From positions 1,600,001 through 1,664,000 of the forward strand of contig OZ243927.1 of assembly GCA_965213925.1 (NCBI GenBank): a stretch of DNA of 64,000 nucleotides, read 5' to 3'. The stretch comes from Trueperaceae bacterium (GTDB lineage Bacteria; Deinococcota; Deinococci; Deinococcales; Trueperaceae). Under the pieces are notes generated by a model. That model made no database searches. It saw only the letters and a list, made by a program, of their open reading frames with translations, and was not told where the DNA came from. This document shows, piece by piece, positions 22,441 to 32,032 of the stretch. Positions within the stretch are counted from its first letter, which is position 1. Every line of letters starts with the position of its first letter. The translations under genes and the position numbers were made by a program.

Positions 22441-23100
22441 TCAAAGGTGAGCCTCCAGCCACGCGCCTACCACCGAATAGCCCGCGCGCGGCACGCGGTG
22501 CTTGCCCGGCAACTCTAACCAGGTGACGTCCCGTGCGCGCCGCTCCAACTGCGCCTTAAAATGACGCGCACGCTCCAACGGGTACGCTTCGTCTTCGGTG
22601 GGGGCGAGGTGTAGAACGGGTACATCCAACGTTTCATCCTCCGACCAATCCGACGGTGTCGCCCCCGCCACCGCAACAACGCCGCGCACGCGCTCGGGGT
22701 GCGCGGCGGCGAAGCGGTAGTTGAGGCTCACGGACTGCGAAAAGCCGAAGAGAAACGCGCCCTTTCTGTCGGTCCAGCCTTCACGGTGAGCGTGCTCTAT
22801 CACATGCGTCAAAAAGAGGTGATGGTTGCGCACGTCCTCTGCGGGTTCGTACGAACTTACCCAGCTAAAGCCCGCCCCCAAACCCCCTTCTCGGCGGATA
22901 TGGTGCGGGTGCGGCGCTTGCAGGGCGGCGAGCGTCCAGTCGCTTTGCGTATGGTCGCGGATACCTTGTGCGAAGCGCAGCGCCGCTTCCTTGTTCTGTC
23001 CGTAGCCGTGCAAGGCGACGAGGAGCGGCGCAGGTTTGTCGGGAACGACGAGGTCGTAGCGGTAAGAGATGGGAAGCTGGAGCGTTTCACTGTGAATCAT
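22441..23100 (-). CDS. Alpha/beta hydrolase (phospholipase/carboxylesterase-like)
   Basis: LHGYGQ, GFSQS nucleophile elbow, Asp in EDEAYP, GKH. Confidence 0.85.
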   Translation of the reverse strand: MIHSETLQLPISYRYDLVVPDKPAPLLVALHGYGQNKEAALRFAQGIRDHTQSDWTLAALQAPHPHHIRREGGLGAGFSWVSSYEPAEDVRNHHLFLTHVIEHAHREGWTDRKGAFLFGFSQSVSLNYRFAAAHPERVRGVVAVAGATPSDWSEDETLDVPVLHLAPTEDEAYPLERARHFKAQLERRARDVTWLELPGKHRVPRAGYSVVGAWLEAHL

Positions 23101-23117
23101 AGGCGCAGCATCGGGGG

Positions 23118-23693
23118 CTAGCGAAAGACGCCGAACGTGTACGCGACGAGCCCCAGAAGCTCGCGCAGGGCGTAGCCGAGGCGGAGCGGTCCCGTGTCGA
23201 CAGGTACGACGCTCGCGTCAAACCCTAGGTGCGCCGCGAGCCACTGCGTCCGGTAGGCGTGCATGTCGTCGGTGACGATCAGGACGCGCTCATGTTCGAT
23301 GAAGGGGCGGCTCAGCTCGAGGTTTTGAAAGCTGCTGCGACTCTTCGTCTCGGCTAGTAGGTGTTCTGCGGGTACACCCTGCGCGGCGAGGTACGCGACG
23401 CCCGCGTCGCCCTCCGTAAAGCGGTCCCCTTCCTGTTTGCCCCCGGTCACGACGATGCGCTCGGCGCAGCCCTGCTCGTAGAGCGTCAGCGCTTCGTCCA
23501 GCCTCCTTGCGAACGCCGGCGAGGGCGTGCCGTCGTACTGCGCCGCGCCCATCACCAGGAGCGTGTCCGCTGAGCACGCGACCTGCGCGGCGACCGGGTA
23601 CCACCAGATGCCGAAAGCGCTCTCTAAGGTGACGACGAGCAGCAGGAGCGGCGCGAGTCCGACCACGCGGAGCCCTGGGGCGAGCTTGCGCAC
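23118..23693 (-). CDS. YdcF/DUF218 family protein
   Basis: VMGAAQY, RLDEA, VTGG, ETKSRSSFQN, TDDMHAYR, LRE. Confidence 0.9.
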   Translation of the reverse strand: MRKLAPGLRVVGLAPLLLLVVTLESAFGIWWYPVAAQVACSADTLLVMGAAQYDGTPSPAFARRLDEALTLYEQGCAERIVVTGGKQEGDRFTEGDAGVAYLAAQGVPAEHLLAETKSRSSFQNLELSRPFIEHERVLIVTDDMHAYRTQWLAAHLGFDASVVPVDTGPLRLGYALRELLGLVAYTFGVFR

Positions 23694-23694
23694 C

Positions 23695-25002
23695 TCAGTC
23701 CTCGACGCCTGCGTCTACGCCGACGTTTGCAGGGGCGGGAGACAAGCGCGACTCGATCGCACGGGCGTGCGCCTCTAATCCTTCCGCGCGCGCCATCTTC
23801 GCCGCGTACGGTCCGATCTCCTGCAGCGTTTTTTGACCCAAATTCACTAAAGGGATGACCTTCTGGAAGTCGCGGACGTTGAGCGCGCTAGAGAACCGCG
23901 CCGTTCCCCCCGTCGGCATTACGTGGCTCGGCCCGGCGGCGTAGTCGCCTAGCGCCTCCATGCTGTATTCGCCTAGGAAGATACCGCCCGCGTGTTTCAC
24001 CTGCGGCACGAGCGACCAGGGGTCGCGGGTCAGCAAGCAGAGGTGCTCGGGCGCGTAGGCGTTGGCGACCTCCAAGCCCTCCGCCAAGTCCGCGACGAGC
24101 ACCGCGAAGCCGCGCATTTCGACGGATTCCTGAGCGCTCTCCTTCGTCGACAACGTCTGCAGTTGCCGCTCTAGCTCCCGCTCGGTCGCCTCTAAAAGTG
24201 CGCGGCTCGGCGTGACGAGCACGGGTTGCGCGCCCGCGTGCTCGGCTTGCGCTAAGAGGTCCGCCGCGACGTGCTGTACGTCAGCGGAGTCGTCCGCCAA
24301 GACGAGCGTCTCGGTCGGGCCGGGCAGCGACTCGACGCCCACGTCGCCATAGACGAGTTGTTTGGCGAGCACGACAAAGCGGTTGCCGGGTCCGACGATT
24401 TTGTCCACCTTGGGGACCGTCTGCGTGCCGTAAGCGAGCGCCGCCACCGCCTGCGCGCCGCCCAAACGGTAGACCTTGGTGATCCCTAAAAGCGACGCCG
24501 TCACCAAAATCTCCGGCGCGACGCTGCCGTCTTCTCGCGGCGGCGTCGCGACGACGACCTCTTTGGCGCCCGCGACCTGCGCGGGCACCGCCGTCATGAG
24601 GAGCGTGCTGAAGAGCGGGGCGCTGCCCCCCGGCACGTAGCACGCCACGCGCTCCAAGGGTCGCACCAGTTGACCTAACAAGGAGCCGCCCGTTTGCTCT
24701 AAAAAGCCGCCCGCAGGCTGCGCTTCGTGGAAGGCGCGGACTCGAGCCGCCGCCCGCTCGATCGCCCGTTGAAGGTCGCTTGGAACCTGCCGCGCCGCCG
24801 TGCCAAACGCCGCCTCGTCCATGAGAAAGGTCTCGAGTTTAACGCCGTCGAAGCGCGCGGTCAGTTCACGTAGCACCGCGTCGCCCTCTTCGCGCACCCG
24901 CCGCAAGGTCGTCAAGACCGACTCGCGCGCCGCCGCGTCCTCATCAGCCGCGCCGCGCCGCAAGGTGCGCGCCGCCTCGTCTTTGCCGTGTAGAACTCGC
25001 AT
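23695..25002 (-). CDS. hisD: Histidinol dehydrogenase
   Basis: YVPGG, GGAQAVAALAYGT, KIVGPGN, DLLAQAEH, APEHL, GDYAAGPSHVMPT; TATAGT box 6 nt before ATG 25002. Confidence 0.97.
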   Translation of the reverse strand: MRVLHGKDEAARTLRRGAADEDAAARESVLTTLRRVREEGDAVLRELTARFDGVKLETFLMDEAAFGTAARQVPSDLQRAIERAAARVRAFHEAQPAGGFLEQTGGSLLGQLVRPLERVACYVPGGSAPLFSTLLMTAVPAQVAGAKEVVVATPPREDGSVAPEILVTASLLGITKVYRLGGAQAVAALAYGTQTVPKVDKIVGPGNRFVVLAKQLVYGDVGVESLPGPTETLVLADDSADVQHVAADLLAQAEHAGAQPVLVTPSRALLEATERELERQLQTLSTKESAQESVEMRGFAVLVADLAEGLEVANAYAPEHLCLLTRDPWSLVPQVKHAGGIFLGEYSMEALGDYAAGPSHVMPTGGTARFSSALNVRDFQKVIPLVNLGQKTLQEIGPYAAKMARAEGLEAHARAIESRLSPAPANVGVDAGVED

Positions 25003-25090
25003 CGTGCCACTATAACGCTTTCCGACGTTGCCGAGCCTGCAGCGCGCAGACATGTGAAGCTTGTGACATCTTCGGGCCAGCCCTAGCCCG

Positions 25091-25663
25091 TCAAATCAGG
25101 TCTACGTCTAACTTCTTGGTCAGCTCGAGCAAATTCGCCACGCTGAGCCCCACCACGTTGAAGTAGCACCCGTGAATCTCGCGGATTAGAGCCGCGCCGT
25201 AGCCTTGGATAGCGTAGCCGCCCGCTTTGTCCATGCCTTCACCTGTGGAAACGTACCAGTCGATTTCGCGGTCCTCGAGATTCCGAAACGTAACCTCCGT
25301 CGAGACGACGCGCGCGGCGACCTCTTCGCCCCTTTGCACGGCGTGTCCGGTGTAGACGCGGTGGGTCCGTCCCGCGAGCCGTTCTATAAATGCCTGCTTC
25401 TCCTCCCTATCCACGGGTTTGCCGAGCACGCCTTTGTCCAGCGTCACTACCGTGTCGGCGGCGATGACTAGCGCGTCAGGGTGCTCCGCGGCGATCACGG
25501 CGGCTTTGGCAGTACTCAGACGGCTTACGAGTGCGTCCGGCGTTTCGTCCGCATGGGGCGTCTCGTCAATGTCCGCCGGAATAACGTCGAAGGTCAAGCC
25601 TAACGTCTGCAAGAGGTCGCGGCGGCGGGGGGAGGCGCTGGCGAGGATAAGAGGGGGGTTCAC
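25091..25663 (-). CDS. maf: Maf family nucleotide pyrophosphatase
   Basis: LILASASPRR, ADTVV, LGKP, DKAGGYAIQG, NVVGL. Confidence 0.95.
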   Translation of the reverse strand: MNPPLILASASPRRRDLLQTLGLTFDVIPADIDETPHADETPDALVSRLSTAKAAVIAAEHPDALVIAADTVVTLDKGVLGKPVDREEKQAFIERLAGRTHRVYTGHAVQRGEEVAARVVSTEVTFRNLEDREIDWYVSTGEGMDKAGGYAIQGYGAALIREIHGCYFNVVGLSVANLLELTKKLDVDLI

Positions 25664-25811
25664 AAGGTCAGTTTACCCTTTAGCTGGAACGCCCGAATAT
25701 ACGCCCCTGTTTCGGTCATATGTGTTTCGGTCATCAACCCAATAATTTGAACTATTTCACATTTCGTCGCCTTTCTCAGCAAACAAGCGTGGAGGCTCCG
25801 TAGACTGTGGT

Positions 25812-27584
25812 GTGATGTTCTTAACCCGGCAGCGGCTTCTACTCCTGATGAGCCTTTTCGTGATGAGCCTCGTCCTCATCGCCCTCAGCCAGCCCTGGGG
25901 ATTCAGAGCGATTCCTGTACCCGAGGCAAGCGCCGAAGTCGTCAACCCTTATGGGGGCGCGTCTCTAGCGGACTACGGACGCTTTTACGAAGCGGTGCGG
26001 CAGGACGATACGGAGGCGCTTAAAGCGCTTCTGAACCGGGGGACGCAAGACTTCTTGACGTACCGCGTCCTGTTGACGCTTGCCAGAGACGCGCTCCCCG
26101 CCGCCGAGCGCGTGGGCTACTACCGAAGCGCGCTCGAACTCAAACCGAGCGACCCGCTGGCGAGAGAGGAAACGCGGCGTCTGCACCTCGAGCTCGCCCA
26201 GACCGCCGAGAACGCCGGACTTATAGAGGAGGCGGTCGCCGCGTACGCGCAGGCGTTGCCCTTGAGAGAGGCGGTCGCGGGGCTCGAGCGACTCGAGTCC
26301 GACCCGCTCAAACTGGCGAATATTTTCTTGCAACATAGGGGTTACGAGGACGCGCTAAGGGTGCTGGACGGCCGCGCGGTCCCCTCCATCGAAGCGCCCG
26401 CTTACCGCGCTTTGGGCGAGCACGAACGCGCTTTGGAGGCCTACAGGCGCTGGTTAGAGGAGGTGCCGGGCAGCTTAGCGGCGCGCTACGGCGAGGCGTG
26501 GTCGCTTCTGTCACTCGGTCAAAACGAGGCGGCGGACGCGCGTTTTGCCTCCTTGCCGGGCGGTGACGCGCTTTACGGGCGAGGCGTCGTGGCGCGGCGC
26601 GAAGGCGACGTAGACGCGGCGGTAGACTTCTTCGTGCGAACGGGCGAAGCGCGGCGTTTGTGGCAGGCGACGGACTTATTAGAGGCCTATAGCCGCGCCG
26701 AAGACGCCATTCCTATCTACCTAGAGCTTGCCGCGACGCGAACGAGCTACGCCGACGACGCGGCTTACCGCGCGTTCATCCTATCAGAGCGCTACGGTGA
26801 TGAGGCGTCAGCAGACCGGGCTAGGGCGCTGCTGCCCGCATTTTCCTACTTCGGGCTCGTGACAGGGCGCGGGCTCGAGCTTCCTCAAACCTCCTCTTTG
26901 CCCGAGGTCGCGTCCCCCGTTTTAGACCTCGCTGACGCACTCGCAGGCGCTCACGACAGCGAGGCGGCGGTGGGCGAGCTGCTCTTCGCGCTTAGGGAGG
27001 CGAGAGGTGAGGCGGCGACGGTCACGGTCGCGGAGAAGTTGCAAGCTTTAGGTGAGTTTCGTAAGAGCGCCCGCGCCGCCGAAGCGTACCTAGAGCGCGG
27101 CAGCCGCGACCTGCGCACCTGGCGAGCCGCGTACCCGAAGGCGTATCCGTCGCTGGTCAACGCGCAAGCCGCGCTTAGAGGGATAGACCCCGAACTCATC
27201 TGGGCGGTGATGCGCAAAGAGTCGCGCTTTTACCCTCGGGCGGTCTCGCATACGGGCGCGAAAGGACTTATGCAGTTCGTCTCGCTCACGTGGGATTGGG
27301 TCGCCGAACTGCTTGGGGAGCCGCCCGGCGACCCTTTTGACCCCGAAGACAACATCCGCTACGGCGCGTTCTATCTGCGCTGGCTCTCCGACTATTTCGG
27401 CGGCGACCTGGAGCGCGTCGTACCCTCTTACAACGGTGGGCAGGGCTATATCGGGAGGCTCTTCGAGGCCGCACCTGTCAGCGGCGACAAAACCGAATTC
27501 TACCGCTTCATCAGCCGCGCTGAGCCGAGGGAGTATCTCCAAGCTGTTTTGCTCGACTACGAAATCTACAAGGCGCTCTACTGA
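25812..27584 (+). CDS. Soluble lytic transglycosylase with TPR-like repeats
   Basis: N-terminal anchor; AVMRKESRF, GAKGLMQF, NIRYG, SYNGG. Confidence 0.9.
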   Translation: MMFLTRQRLLLLMSLFVMSLVLIALSQPWGFRAIPVPEASAEVVNPYGGASLADYGRFYEAVRQDDTEALKALLNRGTQDFLTYRVLLTLARDALPAAERVGYYRSALELKPSDPLAREETRRLHLELAQTAENAGLIEEAVAAYAQALPLREAVAGLERLESDPLKLANIFLQHRGYEDALRVLDGRAVPSIEAPAYRALGEHERALEAYRRWLEEVPGSLAARYGEAWSLLSLGQNEAADARFASLPGGDALYGRGVVARREGDVDAAVDFFVRTGEARRLWQATDLLEAYSRAEDAIPIYLELAATRTSYADDAAYRAFILSERYGDEASADRARALLPAFSYFGLVTGRGLELPQTSSLPEVASPVLDLADALAGAHDSEAAVGELLFALREARGEAATVTVAEKLQALGEFRKSARAAEAYLERGSRDLRTWRAAYPKAYPSLVNAQAALRGIDPELIWAVMRKESRFYPRAVSHTGAKGLMQFVSLTWDWVAELLGEPPGDPFDPEDNIRYGAFYLRWLSDYFGGDLERVVPSYNGGQGYIGRLFEAAPVSGDKTEFYRFISRAEPREYLQAVLLDYEIYKALY

Positions 27585-27660
27585 ATTTCAGCACGAAACA
27601 CGCCCGAGCACCGTCCTAAAAAACGCGCAGCTTCTCACCCTGCGCGTTATGCTCTTCTGG

Positions 27661-28458
27661 ATGAGCCAAACCCATAAAGCCATTGAGAACCCGGCGGTTC
27701 AATCCGTGGACCGAGCGCTGACTATCCTAGAGGTCTTAGCCGAGCGCGGCTGGTCGAGCGTGAGCGAGGTCGCCGAGCATTTAGAGATTCATAAATCGAC
27801 GGCGTCGCGGCTCTTGGCGACCTTGGCGCAACGCGGCTTTGTCGAGCAAGAGGCGGCGAGGGGACGCTACCGCTTGGGCTTCGGCGTGGTGCATTTGGCG
27901 AGCGCCGTTACCACCGAACTCGACCTCGCCCGCCTCGCGCAGCCCATCTGTGAGCGGCTTAGCCAGCAGACCCAAGAGACAGTCAACGTCGCCGTGCTAG
28001 ACACCTCCTCGGAGAGCTATGAGGTCGTCAACGTCGCGCAGGTCATCGGCTCCTCGTCCGTCGTAAGCGTCAACTGGCTCGGCAGGCGCAACCCGCTCCA
28101 CTGCACCTCGACGGGCAAAGTATTGCTCGCGTTCTTGCCCCACATAGAGCAGGCGCAGGTGCTAGCAGGACCCCTCGAGCAACCGACCGAGTACACCGTC
28201 ACCGACGCCAAACGCCTGCAGGCGCAACTCCGCACAGTGCGTTCGCTCGGCTACGCGGTGACAGAGCAGGAGTTAGAGCTTGGTCTCAACGCCGTCGCCG
28301 CGCCTGTTTACAACTTTGGCGGTCACGTCGTCGCCGCGCTCAGTGTGGCAGGACCTTCGTACCGCATGTCGAGAGAGCGCTTGCCCGAGGTCGCGCAGAG
28401 GGCTCAAAACGCCGCGCGCAAGCTTTCGGCGCAGTTGGGGTTTCAGGCAGAAGAGTAG
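27661..28458 (+). CDS. IclR family transcriptional regulator
   Basis: VQSVDRAL, HKSTASRLL HTH, PLHCTSTGK, GYAV..QE, AVAAPV. Confidence 0.93.
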   Translation: MSQTHKAIENPAVQSVDRALTILEVLAERGWSSVSEVAEHLEIHKSTASRLLATLAQRGFVEQEAARGRYRLGFGVVHLASAVTTELDLARLAQPICERLSQQTQETVNVAVLDTSSESYEVVNVAQVIGSSSVVSVNWLGRRNPLHCTSTGKVLLAFLPHIEQAQVLAGPLEQPTEYTVTDAKRLQAQLRTVRSLGYAVTEQELELGLNAVAAPVYNFGGHVVAALSVAGPSYRMSRERLPEVAQRAQNAARKLSAQLGFQAEE

Positions 28459-28580
28459 AGGTGAGCAAAGAAGCCGGAAGCAACAGGCATAGTCGACGGG
28501 CTAGCCGAGGCGGAGGGCTTTGGCGCACCGTTTTTCGCCGACGCTGGGTGTCGCCCTGGGGCTCGAGCCTCAAAACTGGC

Positions 28581-28617
28581 AAAAAAGAGGTCGTTTCGTA
28601 AGAAAGCGACCTCTTTT
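28581..28617. terminator. Bidirectional intrinsic terminator
   Basis: AAAAAAGAGGTCG...CGACCTCTTTT between convergent genes. Confidence 0.75.
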
Positions 28618-28641
28618 CGTGACGTGTTGACGTGACGCTGA

Positions 28642-29514
28642 CTACTCGTCTTCTTGCATCTGCTGCGCGACAAGCGCGTCTACTGAGGTGACAACGGATA
28701 GGGGTGCCTCGCTGTCTTCGGTCGGCGCACCCGCGAAGAAGGTATAGATCACGCCCGAGGCGATCTGCACACCGTTCAAGTTAAGGACCTCGTCGCCGCC
28801 GTCGGCATTCTGCACCTGAACTTGGTAGGAACCTTCGGGCACTTCGGCGTATTCACCCGCGGAGCCGAAGGAGAGACCCGAGGCGAGGTTCATACCGCTC
28901 TGCATGGCCTGGCTGCCGCCCGTCTGACCGCCGCCCGTGCCGCCGCCGGTGCTGCCACCCGTGCTGCCACCCGTGCTGCCGCCCGTTTGACCGCCCTGCG
29001 CCTGCTGCTGCGCCACGATGTTGACCGAGGGGGCGCTAGGTGCGGCGTGGACAACGCGGACTAACGCGCTGCCTGCGGGGGGGAGGCTCGAGAGGTTATC
29101 GGTCAACACCTGAAGCTGCACGTTCATCGTCTGCTCGCCCGAGCCGCCCGTCTGCGAGCCGCCCTGTGAACCTGTCGCGAGCACCGTGTAGTACTGCCCC
29201 GCTTCTAAGGTGACGCTGCTGGACGTGAGGGGTTGCGCCTCGACGTCGCCGCCTGTTTCATCTTCGGAGGGACCTTGTCCCTCTTCGTACACGTCCACTT
29301 GGTGCTCGCCGGAGGGGAGGGCGCTGTAGCTCGAGACCGTCCCCGCCTCGACCCCTTGCAGCGCCTGACTACCGTCTACGTAGATATCGACGTTCGGTCC
29401 GCCTTGTGCCAAGTGTGCCACGCGCACGGCGGCAGATTGGGAGCCCTGCTGGGCGTTTGCGCTCATGAATGCTAAGGCGATGAGTAGGGCGAGAACTACG
29501 AGTCGTTGTCTCAT
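28642..29514 (-). CDS. DUF4397 domain secreted protein with Gly/Ser/Thr-rich linker
   Basis: Signal peptide; VRVAHL..GPNVDIYVDG and VRVVHAAPSAPSVNI; GGST repeats. Confidence 0.85.
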   Translation of the reverse strand: MRQRLVVLALLIALAFMSANAQQGSQSAAVRVAHLAQGGPNVDIYVDGSQALQGVEAGTVSSYSALPSGEHQVDVYEEGQGPSEDETGGDVEAQPLTSSSVTLEAGQYYTVLATGSQGGSQTGGSGEQTMNVQLQVLTDNLSSLPPAGSALVRVVHAAPSAPSVNIVAQQQAQGGQTGGSTGGSTGGSTGGGTGGGQTGGSQAMQSGMNLASGLSFGSAGEYAEVPEGSYQVQVQNADGGDEVLNLNGVQIASGVIYTFFAGAPTEDSEAPLSVVTSVDALVAQQMQEDE

Positions 29515-29891
29515 ATTTGTCTCCTTCTGTAGCTGCTGATTTGCTCTAAGTTGGCTACGTAATTTTTGCGTAATTTTTACGTGATGTTCTTGGACGTACG
29601 AAGTTGACTCCAGTCGACACCTCCTTTTGCGACGACGCTATGACGAAACGCGGCAAGTAAAACCCAGCCCCCTTTCGAACTTCTCTCGTTTATGAGAGTA
29701 CCTTTCTAGGCTAGGACACCTGGCGCTCAAAGTCTGGGCGTAGCCTTACAAAAGTGAAATAACCCTCTTTTGAAAGAGTGGCAGGTATACCCGCTGACGC
29801 CGGGCTTACGTAGTTTTGACCTTTCGCGTTTGCGAAAACTTCGTAACCGTCAGACAGGTCATCTGGTCAGCTACGCTCTCACTAAAGAGGT

Positions 29892-29925
29892 TGTTGCTAG
29901 GCAGCAAACTTGCGTAACTGGCACG
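29892..29925 (-). repeat. Partial copy of dispersed repeat family 2
   Basis: 34 nt identical to 44793-44826. Confidence 0.75.
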
Positions 29926-30040
29926 CACTTCAAGTGACGATATCTGCGGAGAAGCGTTGCTGCGCATGGTTTCACCCAAGCAAGGAGAAGTGGAGCTGCT
30001 AGAGGGTTTAATGAAGATGCAGTTTGGGAGCGAAGCCAAC

Positions 30041-30067
30041 AAAAAGCCCTCTCCGAACGGAGAGGGC
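30041..30067 (-). terminator. Intrinsic terminator after the chemosensory cluster
   Basis: GCCCTCTCCG-AA-CGGAGAGGGC hairpin with T-run on the minus strand. Confidence 0.75.
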
Positions 30068-30097
30068 GCGAGGGGTGGGACGTGCTCGTGTCGGGCT

Positions 30098-30907
30098 TTA
30101 CGCCGCTTGCAGCGTGAGCGCTCCCGCAAGCTCGGGAAGCTGCTTACGCAAGAGGTAGCGCACGATGTTCAGTGCGCCCGCATCTTTGAGGCGTAAGACG
30201 AGCGAGGTGTCTTTGTCCACGCGGCTCAGATAGAGCGCTTGCTTGTCGTACTCTAAAAAGAACCCCTCTAAGGACGACGCGCCCACGTGCGAGCCCAGCG
30301 CGTTCGCGCCGGAGAGCATAAAGGCGCAGTAGCTGCCCAAAACGTCGGGTGAGACGCTGCTGTCGCCGAGCTGCACCAAGCTCTCGCCCTGGCGGGTGAC
30401 GAGCGTCGCCGCCAAGATTTCTTGCTTGTCCATAAAGGGCTGCAAGTGCGTTTCTAGGCCGCCCTGAGGCTGGGCTTGTGGCTGCGCTTGCGGAGCGGAC
30501 GCGGGCGCGCTCTCTTGAGCAGGTGCGCTCGTGCTGGTCCGAGCTGCGCCTAGCGCCGCTTCGATTTTCGGAAAGATATCGTCGGGCGTAAAAGGTTTTT
30601 TGACGACGCCGACCGCGCCCGCCTCTTGCGCTTTGCGCTCGACTTCGCCGTCGACGACGCCGGAGATGAGCATGACGGGGGTGTCGGCGTGCGTGTCACC
30701 TGTTTTGACGCTTTCGCAGAGTTCAAAACCGCTCTGACCGGGCATGATGACGTCGGCGATGATAAGGTCGGGGGAGAGGCTTTGCAGGGTCTCCAGGGCG
30801 TCTTCGGCGCTCTTAGCGGCGACCACGTCCATCTTGCGGGTCTTGAGGATGCGCTCTAACGCCTTACGTACGCTTACGCTGTCGTCAACGATTAAAATCT
30901 GGGGCAT
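30098..30907 (-). CDS. Response regulator receiver fused to a Roadblock/LC7-like domain
   Basis: IVDDS, ADVIMP, KKPF; C-terminal ILAATLVTRQG...FFLEYDKQALYL pattern. Confidence 0.8.
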   Translation of the reverse strand: MPQILIVDDSVSVRKALERILKTRKMDVVAAKSAEDALETLQSLSPDLIIADVIMPGQSGFELCESVKTGDTHADTPVMLISGVVDGEVERKAQEAGAVGVVKKPFTPDDIFPKIEAALGAARTSTSAPAQESAPASAPQAQPQAQPQGGLETHLQPFMDKQEILAATLVTRQGESLVQLGDSSVSPDVLGSYCAFMLSGANALGSHVGASSLEGFFLEYDKQALYLSRVDKDTSLVLRLKDAGALNIVRYLLRKQLPELAGALTLQAA

Positions 30908-30926
30908 GGTGTGACCTTTCTTTCGC

Positions 30927-31718
30927 TTATCTTCTTACGGGATGACGCGCGGCTTCGCGCTCATGGTCGAGTTCGACTGCCACTTTGAGCAGCAGTTCTT
31001 GGACGGTCGTGTAGATGGTATGGCTGTTTTTAGGTAGCGCCGCCTCGCTAGGCTCGAAGAAGAACTCGGCGTCCTTGTGTTTGTCCGCCTCTGCGAAGAT
31101 ACGTACGACTGCGTCCTCGCCTACGACGCCTTCGAACTCGGCGTGGACGAAGCGTCCCTTCTCGAAAAACATCGCTGACTCGGTGTCGCCTAAAAGCACG
31201 TAGAGCCTGCCCGAGTTCTCCTTCTGGGTGAGCGAAACGACCAGGTCGAAAAGCGTAAAAACCTCTAAAGTACCACTGACTTTCGCGTCGTTACGCTGCA
31301 AGTTCGAGCGCAGCCGGTTGCGCGGCACCTGCCGGTCTTCTCTGATGTGACCGTTGGCGATAAGTAGCTCGAAGGCGGCTTTGAGAATGTCGGCGGGGTG
31401 GGCGCGCTCCTCTAAAAATTTATCCGAGTCCGAAGAGGCGAGTTGCGTCGCGTCGGGGTCTAAAAGGATAAAGGCGACCTCTTTTGCCGACGTGTCGTCA
31501 CGCACGATCTCGTGAAAGTCGAGACCGCTCATGTCGCCTAGCTCTTTGCCGCTGATGATGAGGTCGGGCGTGTCGCGCTCTAACATAGTGAGCGCGTAGA
31601 GCGCCCCTTCCGCGTTCTCGATTTCTAACTCACCACCGAAGCGCTTGGCAAAACGCTCGTGCAGCGACCTTGCAAACGTCACGTCGGTCATCGCGGTGAG
31701 CACCTTCACCGAGCCCAC
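30927..31718 (-). CDS. Degenerate receiver plus DUF4388 (PatA-N-like) domain protein
   Basis: SGTLEVFTLFDLVVSL, SGRLYV, MFFEKGRFVHAEF. Confidence 0.8.
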   Translation of the reverse strand: MGSVKVLTAMTDVTFARSLHERFAKRFGGELEIENAEGALYALTMLERDTPDLIISGKELGDMSGLDFHEIVRDDTSAKEVAFILLDPDATQLASSDSDKFLEERAHPADILKAAFELLIANGHIREDRQVPRNRLRSNLQRNDAKVSGTLEVFTLFDLVVSLTQKENSGRLYVLLGDTESAMFFEKGRFVHAEFEGVVGEDAVVRIFAEADKHKDAEFFFEPSEAALPKNSHTIYTTVQELLLKVAVELDHEREAARHPVRR

Positions 31719-31981
31719 CTGCGTACATATATAGAATTAAAGCGTGCCTTATTGGGCTTCATCACTTCATCTATCTTCCTACACGGGGTGCGCCTTAGCT
31801 GCGAAAAAGCTATCATTGCCGCGTTCAGCGCGGTGCTTACGCGTACGTGTGGGGCTTTGCACCTTAAGGGCTTGTCGTTATAAGTCGTCATAAGTTTAAG
31901 GGGTTCTATAAGAATGAGGTCGTCAAGTCTCCTTGCGCTGGGGCTGCGGTGACAGCTCGAGTCGTCACTGAAAACTTAGAA

Positions 31982-32008
31982 GAAGGGCTAGCCGTGCGCT
32001 AGCCCTTC
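31982..32008. terminator. Stem-loop downstream of the cheA-like gene
   Basis: GAAGGGCTAGC-CGTGC-GCTAGCCCTTC; no clear T-run. Confidence 0.5.
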
Positions 32009-32032
32009 GCTGTTTCAGGATGTCACCCTGGC

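Noticed and set aside
28910..28995. 12-bp tandem repeat as an independent element
   Set aside because: It encodes the GGST linker of the DUF4397 protein
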